Source of the DNA: Ignavibacteriota bacterium
Lineage (GTDB): Bacteria > Bacteroidota > Ignavibacteria > UBA10030 > UBA6906
Direction of reading: 5' to 3'
NCBI GenBank assembly: GCA_963801355.1
Contig: CAWDEM010000008.1
Location: forward strand, 928,001-992,000
DNA: 64,000 nucleotides
The position numbers and the translations under genes are program-made. Positions 42,201 through 50,248 of the stretch are shown one piece after another (the stretch's first letter is position 1; each line of letters opens with the position of its first letter). Below the pieces are notes generated by a model. That model searched no databases and was not told the origin of the DNA. It saw nothing but the letters and a program-made list of their open reading frames with translations.

Positions 42201-43239
42201 CGTTGCCGGCTTCCACGCTCTGCACGACTTCGTCGTCGTAACCGGTGTATTTGATTTTCAGCTGATTCTCGTATTCGAACGTGCGTTGCGTGTTCCAGTC
42301 GGCCAGAATGTTTAGTTTATCGCCGATCGTGCCGTTCACGTTCACCTGAACGTCCTGGCTGAAATCCGGTTCGTTGCGGCTCTGATCGAGACGGGAGATG
42401 GTTGTCTGGTCGGTTTGGGTGTTGCGGAATCCCGCCTTGATGTCCACCGCGCCGCTGATGCTCAGGTTGATCTCATTCTTTCCAAAAATGCTGAAGAGCG
42501 GGTTCGGGGGGACGGGAATGCTGATCTTGGTGATGTTGCTGAGCAGTTCACCGAGATCATCACGGGCAACGAGCGCCTTCGGCCGTCGCGCCTCGTCAGC
42601 CATGAGTTTCCGGAATTCATCTTTCTCCCTGAGCCGGATGTAATCGCTGAGCGGCAGTGTGAGGGGGAAACGGACATCCTGTCCCCCGACGCTTTCCCTG
42701 AAGCCGACCCTGGCGCCGGTTGAGTCGATGCTCACATCGCGCTTGTAGCCCGGTGCTTTCCGCGCGCCGAAGAGCGGATATGTTCGCCGGGGGAAGTATT
42801 CCACATGCAGGGGATCACGCCGGTAGTCGTTCCACTGGGCGATGCGTGCCGAGGAATCCAGGCAGACCACGTATGTCGTGTCGATTTTCATGGTCTGGGT
42901 CTTCAGGGAGTCGCGACGGAGGCTGTCGGCCAGCATGGTTGCGCGCAGACTGTCAGCAGCAGTGCGGTATTTGGTGGTGTCGGTTCTTGAAGTGTCCTGC
43001 TGCCCCGGAAACAGCGGTGGCAGTCTTTTCGTAGTATCCTGAAGCCCGGGGAGACCGGACGGCGGCGGAATCCCCTGTTGTTGCGGCGTGGGTGTCCCCG
43101 GTGGTTGCGGTGGGGCGTACGCAAACGCAAACACCGCGGCACTCAGTACCAGAACGGCGGCGCTGCCGAATGCTGTCCAGAAAGCCCGGGATTGAAGAGG
43201 CAAGAGATATGTGGCGTATTTTGGCCGCAAGGAGTTCAA
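36208..43239 (-). CDS. sprA: T9SS outer-membrane translocon SprA
   Basis: 2343 aa; QVNVNGTIGDKL..FEYENQLKIKYTG..VEAGNVS, YIDDFE, PDTEDLN, VWFNEMRL; beta-rich C-terminus. Confidence 0.9.
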   Translation of the reverse strand: MNSLRPKYATYLLPLQSRAFWTAFGSAAVLVLSAAVFAFAYAPPQPPGTPTPQQQGIPPPSGLPGLQDTTKRLPPLFPGQQDTSRTDTTKYRTAADSLRATMLADSLRRDSLKTQTMKIDTTYVVCLDSSARIAQWNDYRRDPLHVEYFPRRTYPLFGARKAPGYKRDVSIDSTGARVGFRESVGGQDVRFPLTLPLSDYIRLREKDEFRKLMADEARRPKALVARDDLGELLSNITKISIPVPPNPLFSIFGKNEINLSISGAVDIKAGFRNTQTDQTTISRLDQSRNEPDFSQDVQVNVNGTIGDKLNILADWNTQRTFEYENQLKIKYTGYDDEVVQSVEAGNVSLQTPSSFIGSSQALFGAKAKFQMGPLTLTALASQKKGQIKEVAVSGGAKEQTFEMRAYEYATNHFFVDVSYAARYADYYLNEPPLVNSDGQIVEEEVWVQRQGGIPDPNERQGIAFITLPAIGGGYPEALRGTVDDPGKIETGPFIKLDRSQYELDGDGYLGVVSLNASVGDQQIVAIAYRNAAGVQTGEFARDLGTDSTALSRRLILKMLKPKNLVSNGRSYAVAWNQMLKNIYPIQGIGRNAKKEGFTLDIVRRIPGGEDQNSILNEPLLRVFGVDKYNADDTPAPNGDGQFDYRSGRTVNQARAEIIFPVLRPFDDGVKAYFAEKGNVLADTSEFLYPEVYDTTVTFAQQALRNRYLIKGKATGEATSRYSLGFNVVEGSVQVLLDGRALTPNIDYTVDYIIGEVVIKNDRALVPGANLQIKYEQNDLFQLASKTLLGARGDLAISQNLNFGFTIMNLNQQTLSDKVRLGEEPNNNTIMGIDGAATFDLPFLTRALDALPIFQTREASQLKVSGEAAYMSPDPNTKKSTIPSDNGEGIAYIDDFEAARRAIPVGISYAAWSLSSPLGDNFHWGTLPDTTKALSRGRMVWFNRIPTDVPLTEIYPRKKPGNAANDQATVLDFRYYPSLRGQYNYSTDIENTLTPFRNWGALMKPLSVSAINLSKENVNFIEIWMRVDRAPPGTKMIIDMGAISEDAIPNRSLNSEDLVLSSYPNGVLQEGEDIGIDMLNDDQERARYAAMVAKYPAMQGDPSGDDYYYTNATVGTPAEDFSHINGTENNKDGPSGRIPDTEDLNANGVPDLANSYFEYELLLDTVRANNPRIVGGGGQKEDGSYSKWYQFRIPVREYERQVGTPSQENIEFIRVAFVNATDTIAVRIADFSLVGNQWQKLARDAGDSLFDVTVVSIEDNPEYNPPPGVTQERDRTRPEEEVYANEQSLALKLEGLPPGQSRQAVKFYTYRALDLFNYKTLKMFVHGDPTFRYISATEYDAEIFFRFGLDSLNYYEYRAPVRPGWDPANDVVIQFENITAAKQARDSVGKLSDPIPVPGGPPGSTYRVLGNPSLTQIVYLSVGVTNANPRRGRDDPAGKVPGKLLVGQVWFNEMRLTSVDDTPGWAYRFDTQLKLADIGAVSFNYSRVDPNFHTLEARFGSRQLSTNWGLNTSFQLEKLLSDDWVGTSIPISYSHTEGKMTPRYKPNSDVLVSAAAEQRKNRVLQNGGTEQEAQAAADKEILESETMRKTDTYAAPSFRINVPSNAWYIRDTFNKLTFGFSYTRSTEHSPALVDRTTWSWNARLAYALTFPSDYYVQPFKSLFDGVWFLEEYKDIKIYYSPTTFNWAFNAMRSRDRSLQRTVGAQEIISRNFSASRQAGFSWKFTEGGMINPSGDYSVSVESSLLNLELDQFKQQRSFSQIMGDIFFGDHLIDFGEDTRYSQRNSFVSKPNIPNIFNIKRFLDIQASYGVDYSWQNTLTRGDLGKSAGYNANINLSLNFRMKQLFDPLFETKPAATTAPPAPSRGRRGSGENQEQTGTTDTTKVADSTATGGGLDKLLGQLGSLARIFIKIPLLDYDNVNVSFTQTNSSQNSGVVGSAGFVNFWGRLPFIQDADIKYGPSRLYQLGLISDPSGRLVNFGGRPKFPWFGWDVEPGLRAPGGVLVNSFRQNNRLTFKTSRALWEGARLDLNWNVGWAYNRTDNLQTDSLGVPTLLNTTTSGSVDRSFLTLPDFLFLSSFKTSLKDVSKRYAELKSDLSDTKTDEEKLNQAFIEGFEALPILRKVFGDFAPRVNWSFRWDGLEKIPFFSSFVTRMSLDHAYNSNYTRQYQNRPGGGGERTDGQRVMYGFSPIVGMNFTFKELWKGSFGANVRINSTTSYDLTTSSRNIVEAFSRELSITSSYSRRGFEIPFFGLALNNDIDISFSYSVTKNSRLTYDVSKLDINIQGTPLEGTTRTVMEPRIKYVLSQRVTASVYFRYTSIEPDDSGSRIPGSKTNEAGLDIHISIQ

Positions 43240-43381
43240 TTCGATTCTCGCAAGGTTCGCACACCCGGACTACCGGCAGCACCGCCCTCGCGCACACCTC
43301 GTATCAAACGAAATCGATATTGGACTCCTTCAGTGATGCAGTGCCGAATAATAGCCAAAAGGATTGAAAAACGCAAGCAGT

Positions 43382-43410
43382 TTGGAAAATCCCCTCCCCT
43401 CCGCTATATT
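43382..43410 (+). promoter_or_regulatory. Putative promoter of lptFG
   Basis: TTGGAA-N17-TATATT ending 8 nt before ATG 43419. Confidence 0.45.
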
Positions 43411-43418
43411 ACGTGGCC

Positions 43419-44813
43419 ATGATCCTTTACCGGTACATCCTCCGTGCCCACCTGGGTCCCTTCATCTTCTCGCTGGGGACCCTGATGTTTATTTTCCTCC
43501 TCCAGTTCGTCATGAAGTTCATTGACCAGCTGGTAGGCAAAGGGCTGACGGCTTGGGTGATCATGGAATTAGTGGCCCTTAACCTGGCCTGGATGCTGGT
43601 CCTTGCCGTTCCAATGTCCGTGCTGGTCTCCACGCTGATGGCATTCGGCGACCTTTCCTCGCGAAATGAGATTACCGCCATGAAAGCCGGCGGTGTCAGC
43701 ATTTACCGTATGATGCTGCCGGTGCTCCTTGCCGGAATCGTCGTAGGCGGGATCATGGTATGGTTCAACAACCATGTGCTCCCCGAATCCAACCATCGAC
43801 TGAAGGTGCTCACGACCGACATCCGGAGGAAGAAGCCGACCATCGCCCTTGTCAACGGCGTGTTTTCACAGGACATCCCGGGCTACAGCCTTCTAGTTCG
43901 AAAGGCTTCCGAGACCGGGAATGACCTTGAAGGCGTGACGTTGTACGACTATACTGACCCGTCGACGAACATCGTGATCACGGCCGAACGGGGGAGCATT
44001 GCGTTTTCGCCGGACTACCGCAAGATACTGTTGTTTCTCGAGCGCGGAGAGATCCATGAGCTGAATCTGCAACAAATGAACAGCTACCGGACGATCCGCT
44101 TCACCCGTCATCGCATTGCGATGGACGTTGAAGGGTTTGATTTCGAACGCTCCCAGACCTCAGCCTTCTCGCGTGGCGACCGGGAAATGGGAGCCCGCGA
44201 GATGCTGGTCGTGGTGGACAGCCTCCAGCGGGAGCGAGGTGTCGTGATGCAGCATCTTGCGGAGATCACCGCAAGCGAAATGACGACACTGGCTGACGGC
44301 CGTTGGCGTGGTGCGCTGCCGGGCGGGGGGACTCCCGGTGGCGGTGACCCTCAGACGGCATTGATACGGGCACGATCGCTCAGCGCTGCCGTCACGACCG
44401 ACCTTTTCCGGGTCGAGGCACTCGAGCGGCAGATCGACCAGTATTGGGTGGAGATTCACAAGAAATACTCCATCCCGGCGGCATGCATCGTGTTCGTCCT
44501 TGTCGGACTTCCGCTCGGCGTCATGGCACGCCGGGGAGGGTTCGGCATTGCCGCATCATTGAGTCTCGGGTTCTTTGTCATATACTGGGCGTCTCTGATC
44601 GGTGGGGAGAAGCTCGCCGACCGGGCGATCCTTTCCCCGTTCTGGGGAATGTGGATCGCAAACATCATACTCGGGGCGGTGGGCGTCTACCTCACCTATC
44701 GTGTGGGGCGAGAGGCATTGCTGATCGACTGGAGCATTTTCAGCCGTCTTGTGCCGCGCAAATGGCGCACCTCGCTTCCCGATGAAGCGCAAACCGGTGC
44801 CGTGGTCAGATGA
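43419..44813 (+). CDS. lptF: LPS export ABC transporter permease, LptF/LptG family
   Basis: ILYRYILR, LAVPMSVL, NEITAMKAGGVS, EIHKKYSIP. Confidence 0.85.
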   Translation: MILYRYILRAHLGPFIFSLGTLMFIFLLQFVMKFIDQLVGKGLTAWVIMELVALNLAWMLVLAVPMSVLVSTLMAFGDLSSRNEITAMKAGGVSIYRMMLPVLLAGIVVGGIMVWFNNHVLPESNHRLKVLTTDIRRKKPTIALVNGVFSQDIPGYSLLVRKASETGNDLEGVTLYDYTDPSTNIVITAERGSIAFSPDYRKILLFLERGEIHELNLQQMNSYRTIRFTRHRIAMDVEGFDFERSQTSAFSRGDREMGAREMLVVVDSLQRERGVVMQHLAEITASEMTTLADGRWRGALPGGGTPGGGDPQTALIRARSLSAAVTTDLFRVEALERQIDQYWVEIHKKYSIPAACIVFVLVGLPLGVMARRGGFGIAASLSLGFFVIYWASLIGGEKLADRAILSPFWGMWIANIILGAVGVYLTYRVGREALLIDWSIFSRLVPRKWRTSLPDEAQTGAVVR

Positions 44814-45895
44814 AACTCATTGACCGCTATATCATCCGCCAATTCCTGTCGACCGCGGCCTTTTCCCTCCTGGCCGTGCTTGTGGTCTTCATCGTCATCG
44901 ATTCGATGGAGAAACTCGACGACTTCATCGACCGTCAGGCGTCGTGGGACATCATTTTGCTTTATTATTTCTATTTCGTACCGGAAATCATCAAGCTGAT
45001 TATTCCGGTCGCCATGCTCCTTGCCAGCCTCTTCGTCACAGCCCGCCTTTCCACGCAGAGCGAGTGGACCGCTCTGAAATCAAGCGGCGTGAGCCTGTAC
45101 CGGTTGATGGTGCCCTTCCTGGTAGTGGCATTCACGATCAGCCTGCTCTCGGTGTATTTCAACGGGTGGGTCGTGCCATTCGCCAACAAGAAGAAGTACA
45201 CGATCGGGCGGGTCTATCTGCACAAAGACGTGGTCAGTGCATCGGGTGCGAATATTTATATCCAGGATACGCCGACGAGAATCCTCTCACTCGGCTATTT
45301 CGACGACACACGAAACCTCGCGTCGCGGGTGAGCATCCAGGACTTCGACGTGGCTGACCGCACCGTGTTGCTGACGCGCGTGGACGCGTCGACAATGGTC
45401 TGGGATTCCACGCAGCAGCAGTGGCTTCTGCAGAACGGCACCCGCCGGTGGTTCACCACCGGGCAGGAGCGGATGGAGTCTTTCGTGACACAACCTGCCG
45501 GTCCGCTCCACTTCAATCCTGAGGAGCTGCGCAAGAAGCAGGAAAAGCCCGACGAAATGAGTTACTACGATTTGAAGGATTTCATCCGGAACCAGCAACG
45601 AGCGGGGCAGGATGTCTCGCGCTGGCTGGTCGACTTCTATAGCAAGATCTCTTACCCCTTTGCCACGGTCATTGTCGTGTTGTTCGGTGTGCCGTTTGCA
45701 TCCATCCGCCGTCGGGGCGGCATTGGCGTGCAATTGGGGGTGTCGCTGCTGATCTGCTTCGTGTACCTGATCTTCATGAAAGTCAGCGAAGTATTCGGGG
45801 ACAACGGTGACATTCCCCCGTTGCTGACCGCCTGGTCTGCAAATATCATCTTCTTTGCAGCGGCGGTGGTCGTGACGCTGAGGGTGCAGAAGTAG
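44810..45895 (+). CDS. lptG: LPS export ABC transporter permease, LptF/LptG family
   Basis: MKLIDRYI, SEWTALKSSGVS, KISYP, PPLLTAW; ATGA overlap with lptF. Confidence 0.85.
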   Translation: MKLIDRYIIRQFLSTAAFSLLAVLVVFIVIDSMEKLDDFIDRQASWDIILLYYFYFVPEIIKLIIPVAMLLASLFVTARLSTQSEWTALKSSGVSLYRLMVPFLVVAFTISLLSVYFNGWVVPFANKKKYTIGRVYLHKDVVSASGANIYIQDTPTRILSLGYFDDTRNLASRVSIQDFDVADRTVLLTRVDASTMVWDSTQQQWLLQNGTRRWFTTGQERMESFVTQPAGPLHFNPEELRKKQEKPDEMSYYDLKDFIRNQQRAGQDVSRWLVDFYSKISYPFATVIVVLFGVPFASIRRRGGIGVQLGVSLLICFVYLIFMKVSEVFGDNGDIPPLLTAWSANIIFFAAAVVVTLRVQK

Positions 45896-46029
45896 TGGGG
45901 TCAGACCCGAACCAATTGTCAATAGTCAATGGACTTTTGACTATCATCAATCGGTTGGGGTCAGATCCGAACCAATTGTCAATAGTCAATGGACTATTGA
46001 CTATCATCAATCGGTTGGGGTCAGATCCC
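45896..46029. repeat. 60-bp tandem repeat (2.2 copies): GGGGTCAGA[C/T]CC box plus heptameric CAAT/ATTG core
   Basis: 45901-45960 and 45961-46020 are 58/60 identical. A third partial copy overlaps the stop codon at 46021. Confidence 0.92.
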
Positions 46030-46905
46030 TACCTTGACTTGTACCATCCCCATCCACGCATAATGATCTCCAACCGGCATGAGTCGCATGCTGGCGGACG
46101 CTTGCGCGCGATTGTAACGGATGGCCGACCAGGCTGCATCGCCAGCGGCAAGGAGATGGTTCACTAGAGCCACGGTGATCCAGCTCGTCGCCGTGGTGTA
46201 GTATGAGTTTGCCTTCCCCCGTTCCCCGGAATACCAGAGGAAACTCGGCGTCAGGGGATCTCCGTACGCAAACGTCGGCGGAGCATCATCCCATCCCTGG
46301 TTGAACTGAGGATATTTGCCGATCAGCTCGTAGTACTGCTGTTCGTTGTACGCAGGCAGCGTATGCGAATAGTAGCCGGCGATATCCCGCTCCATCCGGT
46401 TGATCTCGTCCCAGTTCACCTGCGTCCACGGACGGTCAAAGGGATCCATACCCTCGGTGCCGGGTTTGCGCCAGTTATAGACTTTCCCGGGCGCGGTGAG
46501 CGTCTGCGCATATTCGGCGTACTTCACCACACTCCAGTGCTTGTTGGCGAAGTCCTGGAATAAATCCGTCTGCCTGTCCCCCTTCTTGTCATACTGATAC
46601 GCCGCGATCCATGCGAGGGCATCCACAGCAACGAAGAGTGCCGCCTCCCAATAGCTTTCCGTATAGATCTGTCCCGAGCCCGGTACGAGGGCCGACATGC
46701 CCGCAGCCAGCCAGGGAGATCGTCTGGAGGGCAATGCCAGCGGGGCTTGATCCTGACGGAGGTCAGGGGCATCCGCGAGGCGCTGGAGTCCGAATAGATC
46801 CACGCGCAGATTTCCTGTCATCGCTGGGGGATGTTGTTTCTCTTCGGCCCAGAGCGTCCCTGCGGAGATGAGGAGTGCACAGCCGATGACACGCAAATGA
46901 CTCAT
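46021..46905 (-). CDS. Secreted/membrane hypothetical protein with a DUF5683-like PGxGQ motif
   Basis: Signal peptide, SALVPGSGQIY, QQYYELIGKYPQF..GWDD. Confidence 0.7.
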   Translation of the reverse strand: MSHLRVIGCALLISAGTLWAEEKQHPPAMTGNLRVDLFGLQRLADAPDLRQDQAPLALPSRRSPWLAAGMSALVPGSGQIYTESYWEAALFVAVDALAWIAAYQYDKKGDRQTDLFQDFANKHWSVVKYAEYAQTLTAPGKVYNWRKPGTEGMDPFDRPWTQVNWDEINRMERDIAGYYSHTLPAYNEQQYYELIGKYPQFNQGWDDAPPTFAYGDPLTPSFLWYSGERGKANSYYTTATSWITVALVNHLLAAGDAAWSAIRYNRAQASASMRLMPVGDHYAWMGMVQVKVGI

Positions 46906-46917
46906 CCTGACTTTCTC

Positions 46918-49900
46918 CTAATCAAAGTCGAAGCCGAACAGAATGCCGAAGTAGAAGCGCCATTCTCTGCCGTATGTTACGGTCTGGTCGCGGCTCCGGA
47001 TATAATGGTCAAACCGGTTGAACCCGTACGCCGCGTTGAAGAAGATGCGAGTCGGGTACATGTAGTATGAAAACGATTCCAGGCGCAACTCCACGCCGGC
47101 ATCGGTCTTGAAATCCTTCAGGCGGGGAGACGAGGCCGTCCATGCATTGCCCGCGTCGGCGTATATCGAGGCATAGAGTTTGTCAAAATAGAGCTGGGCC
47201 ACACGCACATCGATGTTATGTACGAGCGGGAAGCGGTATTCCAATCCGGCCGAAGCCATCTCGTTGCCGCCGAGGGCATAGAACGGATATCCCTTCATCC
47301 CGATCAGTCCGCCCGCGTAGAAATCAAAGAACTCATCCACCTCCGGCCCCAGGATTGAGCCGCCGCGCAGTTTGAGTGTCAGTGTGTGGTTCTTGAAAAA
47401 GAACGGCATGTACTCCTTCCACTGCGCGTCGATCCGGGTGAAGTTCACGTTCTTGTACACGGGCGTCAGGCCGGTGGATGTGACTTCATATTCGCCGTCG
47501 CCGTTGAATTTGTTTAACTCGCGGTCGATCCTGAGACGGATGCGCCGCCCCATCGGATTGATGTCCTGCGTCCGCGCGGGGACGATCGCGTCGACGAGCA
47601 TAGTCAGGGAAAGATCGTTCGCAATGAGATAGAGGTCGCTCGAGCTGCCGATCAATTGCGGCGGCGGGTCCTGCGTGAAGAACGATCCGATGCTTGACGT
47701 ATACCGGCTGTGCGCCCAGCGGAACTCCGCATCGACGAACTGAGAGAAGACCGGTTGCCGCAGGGCAAGGTCGAACTCCAGCAGGTTGTACCCCACGTCG
47801 ACAGGTATGGAGTAGGCGGGAAGGCTGATGACATTGTCGGTCTTGCGTGTGATATTGTAAATCTCAGCGGTGGCCGTCGGTTCGAAGCCAAGCTCATAGA
47901 GCAGCGGTATGCGTCCGCGGTAGGTGAACTGGAAGAAGATATCCCTCTCCATCTGCCGGTTGATCGTTGCCCCCGCGAAGAAGCCGGTCTTGTCCAGCAC
48001 GTCATTCGAAAACGCGTAGACCCCCGCTTTGATGACGTCAATCCCCTTGCTCTTCGGATTGTAGTTATCCACCCTGATCACGGGGACGAACATCGTGCTG
48101 CCGAAGATGGCCTTGTGCGGCTTCTTGTCCAGCGGCGCGAGCTGCAGATCGTCGTAGTTCTGCAGACGGGACAGCGCGGCACCTCCGTTCAGCGGTGCAC
48201 CGGCGAGCGCGGCCTGCGGGGATTTCCCCGTGGGCACGGTGGAAAGCCATCTGATATGCCGGGCGGTCGGCAGGCAACGCCTGAGGCCGGTCGAGGGAGT
48301 AGATCTTGTATCCGCCGGATGTGTACGCTGCATACGTCAGAGTCCCGCCCGCGCTCATGGTCGGATAGAACGCGCCGCCGAGAACGTTCGTCAGCTGGCT
48401 GATTTCGCGCGTGGAGAGGTCGTACGCGTAGATGTTGAAGATGCCCGTACGGTCAGAGCTAAACACAATCTTTGCGTTGCCCTCTGCGAACCGTGCCGCG
48501 CGTGAATCGTCACCGCCCGTGATCAGGAACTCCAGGTCCGTGCCGTCGGGTCTGACCCACGCGATGTCCCGCCCGTCGCGTACGGAGTAGTCGAAGAGGA
48601 TACGTTTTCCGTCCGGGCTCCAGCAGGGGTTGTACACCTGTTCGCCGTTGCTGTATGGAGTCACCCGCCGGATTCCCGAACCGTCGAGGTTTGCGACCGC
48701 GAGATTGGATGTTCCGTCATGGTTCGTCACGAACACGATCTGTGTGCCGTCCGGAGACACGGAGGGATTAATTGCGCGCGCTCCGGTGGTGACCCGGCGT
48801 TCATCTTCCGACTTCAGGTCGTATTCAAAAATGTCAAACTGGAACGACCAGTGCGGGTTGTCTCTGGTTGCACGGCCGTAGTAGAGTTTCGTTCCGTCGG
48901 GCGACCAGGCTGGAGCGGTGCGGACGCCGAACTTCAGCTGTTTCTCTTCCTTCGTGGCGACATCGTACACGTACAGCGAGGAAAGCGCAAAGTAGTCGCC
49001 GTTCTTCGCGCTGGTATAGGCGAGCATCGTGCCGTCGGGAGAGTAGACCGGATAGAGGTTGGCAAACCCGAGTGTCGCCGGCACAGGCTGCATCGGCGCG
49101 AACTCCCTGGGATGGAGCATGCCTTCCAGTTTCTGCTCCTCGCCTGCCGCGGATGTCGAGGATTCTTCCTTCACATCAAGCTGATGCCCCTGCTGCAGTT
49201 CCCCCTTAAGGGGGCCCACACGCGCGGCATAGTCGCGGATCACGGCCGCCTGCCATTCGTCGTAGACCTGTTTTCCGTCTTTCCCAATGGCGCGTTCTAT
49301 CGCCCCATCGATCGTCATGGCGCTGAATGAGGAAAGATTCCGGGAGATCTCCAGGAGTTTCTCCGCACCATATGTCTGTGCAATGTAGCCGACGAATGCA
49401 AAGCCTGCATTGTACGAGGATTCGTTCCCCAGGCTCGTTTTCCCGAACACCCCCATCTGCTCCCACGACAGCATGTTTCCATCGAGCGCATAGGACCGGA
49501 GGATCATGTCGCGATGCGAGTCCCAGAAATCGTATGCAAGATGCGGATGATTGTACTGTGCGACTCCCTCGGCAAACCAGGCGGGCACGACGAATCCGGA
49601 GAACGGGTACGACGCGACAACGTTGGGGTAACCGTACAACACGTCCACACGGCGCTCGGCCTCATAGTTCAACCACTGGAGATAGAACGATGGCATCCGC
49701 CTGCCGAACTTCATGGTTGTCTGGATTTGGATAATGTGCGTGAACTCATGTGTGATGACGTTCCGGAGCCAGTTATGTGTCCCGCGCAGCTCAAAATCCA
49801 TGCTCGGCGCGAAGATGTCGATCTTGTTGTCGTAGAAATACGCCGCACCGTTGGAAATGTCATCGTAATCTTTGATGATCAGCGAGACTTTCTGATCCGG

Positions 49901-50248
49901 CTTGTGGTTGTAGAACGTCGTGATGGGTTCGAAGATCTCTTCCGCAATTTTGGAAACCACCCGTGCGGTCCGCTCGGCACCTTCATGGTAGTGCACGAGG
50001 AAATGTTCGCTTTCGATGGTGCTCCAGCTGAGTTCCGGATGCGGGAAGTCTTCCTGTGCAGAGGCAGGGGCGAAGGCAAGCAAGAGGGAGATGAAGATGG
50101 CGAGGACATGTACATTCGCATGTGGGATTGCGTCGCCAGAAGAGGGCTCGCAATGACTGGGCACACCCGTATGCAAGGGTGAGATTGCGTCGCCGGAAGA
50201 AGGCTCGCAATGACAGAAGGCCAGTGTCCTTGTCATTCGTGGCTTCAT
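46918..50248 (-). CDS. Gluzincin peptidase + PD40/TolB-like beta-propeller + Omp85-like beta-barrel protein, split by an apparent +1 frameshift near 48225-48260
   Basis: ORF 48065-50248 has a signal peptide, HEFTH..EG and SPDG repeats. ORF 46918-48333 has GGLIGMKGY, DAGNAW and a C-terminal FYFGILFGFDFD. The two ORFs overlap in different frames. Confidence 0.75.
50124..50214. repeat. Two 34-bp REP-like hairpins inside the coding sequence
   Basis: G[G/A]GATTGCGTCGCC[A/G]GAAGA[G/A]GGCTCGCAATGAC at 50124-50157 and 50181-50214; ATTGCG/CGCAAT arms. Confidence 0.85.

Noticed and set aside
45896-46029. CRISPR mini-array
   Set aside because: The would-be spacers are near-identical, the box is only ~13 bp, and no cas genes are present. 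It is a tandem repeat.
45895-46167. 90-aa plus-strand ORF with a repeated peptide
   Set aside because: It is a translation of the DNA repeat and runs antisense into a real gene.
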